Assembly (NCBI RefSeq): GCF_004010195.1 | Contig: NC_057725.1 | Span: 50,236,143-50,300,142, forward strand | Length of the DNA stretch: 64,000 nucleotides | From: Chiloscyllium plagiosum | Taxonomy: Eukaryota | Direction: 5' to 3' | Shown: in pieces, positions 63,300 through 64,000 of the stretch | Numbering within the stretch: the first letter of the stretch is position 1 | How the letters are laid out: the number at the start of each line of letters is the position of its first letter | The notes under the pieces: generated by a model | Seen by the model: only the letters and a program-made list of their open reading frames with translations | Databases searched by the model: none | Told to the model about the DNA's origin: nothing | Translations under genes and position numbers: made by a program

Positions 63300-63935
63300 C
63301 AAAGTTTGTGCGAAGATTTGTAGCTCGGGTGCTCGTTGTTGTGGTTCTGTTCGCCGAGCTGGAAGTTTTTGTTGCAAACGTTTCGTCCCCTGGCTAGGCG
63401 ACATCAGTGCTTGGGAGCCTCCTACGAAGCGCTTCTTTGATGTTTCCTCCGGTGTTTATAGTGGTCTGTCCCTGCCGCTTCCGGTTGTCAGTTTCAGCTG
63501 TGACTGCACAAAACACTATATAGGACAAACAGGAAGACCGCTAACTATCCGCATACATGAACATCAACTAGCCACGAAACGACACGACCAGCTATCCTTA
63601 GTAGCCACACATGCAGACAACAAGCAACATGAATTCGACTGGGACAACACTACTATCATAGGGCAAGCCAGACAGAGAACAGCCAGGGAATTCCTAGAGG
63701 CATGGCATTCATCCACAAACTCCATCAACAAACACATCGACCTGGACCCAATATACCAACCACTACAGCGGACAGCTGAAACTGACAACCGGAAGCGGCA
63801 GGGACAGAACCACTATAAATACCGGAGGAAACATCAAAGAAGCGCTTGGCAGGAGGCTCCCAAGCACTGATGTCGCCTAGCAAGGGGACGAAACGTTTGC
63901 AACAAAGTTCCAGCTCGGCGAACAGAACCACATCA
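63300..63935 (+). mobile_element. 5'-truncated Penelope element with inverted terminal repeat and 13-bp TSD (family C)
   Basis: GIY-YIG HYIGQTGRPLTIRIHEH...REFLEAWHS..SINKH. Inverted copy at about 63335-63501 of 63774-63935. TSD acattttaaagct at 63287-63299 and 63936-63948. Confidence 0.92.
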
Positions 63936-64000
63936 ACATTTTAAAGCTTTGATTGTCACAATTACTAATGTAATCCTAATTAATCAACAACAGATTAAGA

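Noticed and set aside
1-64000. CRISPR array or prokaryotic defence system
   Set aside because: The DNA is eukaryotic with spliced genes; repeats are dispersed retroelement fragments, not regularly spaced direct repeats.

Overview
Vertebrate genomic DNA, most likely a shark or other elasmobranch (inferred from the HE1-like V-SINE, CR1 and Penelope repeat content). It is AT-rich and repeat-dense, with two assembly gaps (19451-20001 and 37549-37695). Three host genes can be reconstructed by hand. TMEM138 (minus strand) has its first coding exon at 621-748 and a CpG-rich promoter near 5.4-5.7 kb; the rest of the gene lies left of the window. ARMC7 (minus strand) has 3 coding exons at 15976-18512 (192 aa). 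CYB561A3 (plus strand) has 5 coding exons at 48237-59859 (247 aa). The remainder is largely decayed retroelements: CR1, Rex1/Babar, RTE-like, two Ty3/Gypsy elements, V-SINEs and many Penelope-like element (PLE) pieces. The most notable signal is a set of more than 10 minimal type-I hammerhead ribozyme motifs, some with an intact core and many decayed. They fall into about four sequence families whose stems covary around the CUGANGA/GAAA core, and they sit on short PLE-terminal units that have their own target-site duplications and are often palindromic. Two further points stand out: a candidate spliced upstream ORF with a perfect Kozak context in the TMEM138 leader, and ARMC7 sitting between TMEM138 and CYB561A3, which are a head-to-head pair in human. 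All calls come from manual reading; no searches were run.
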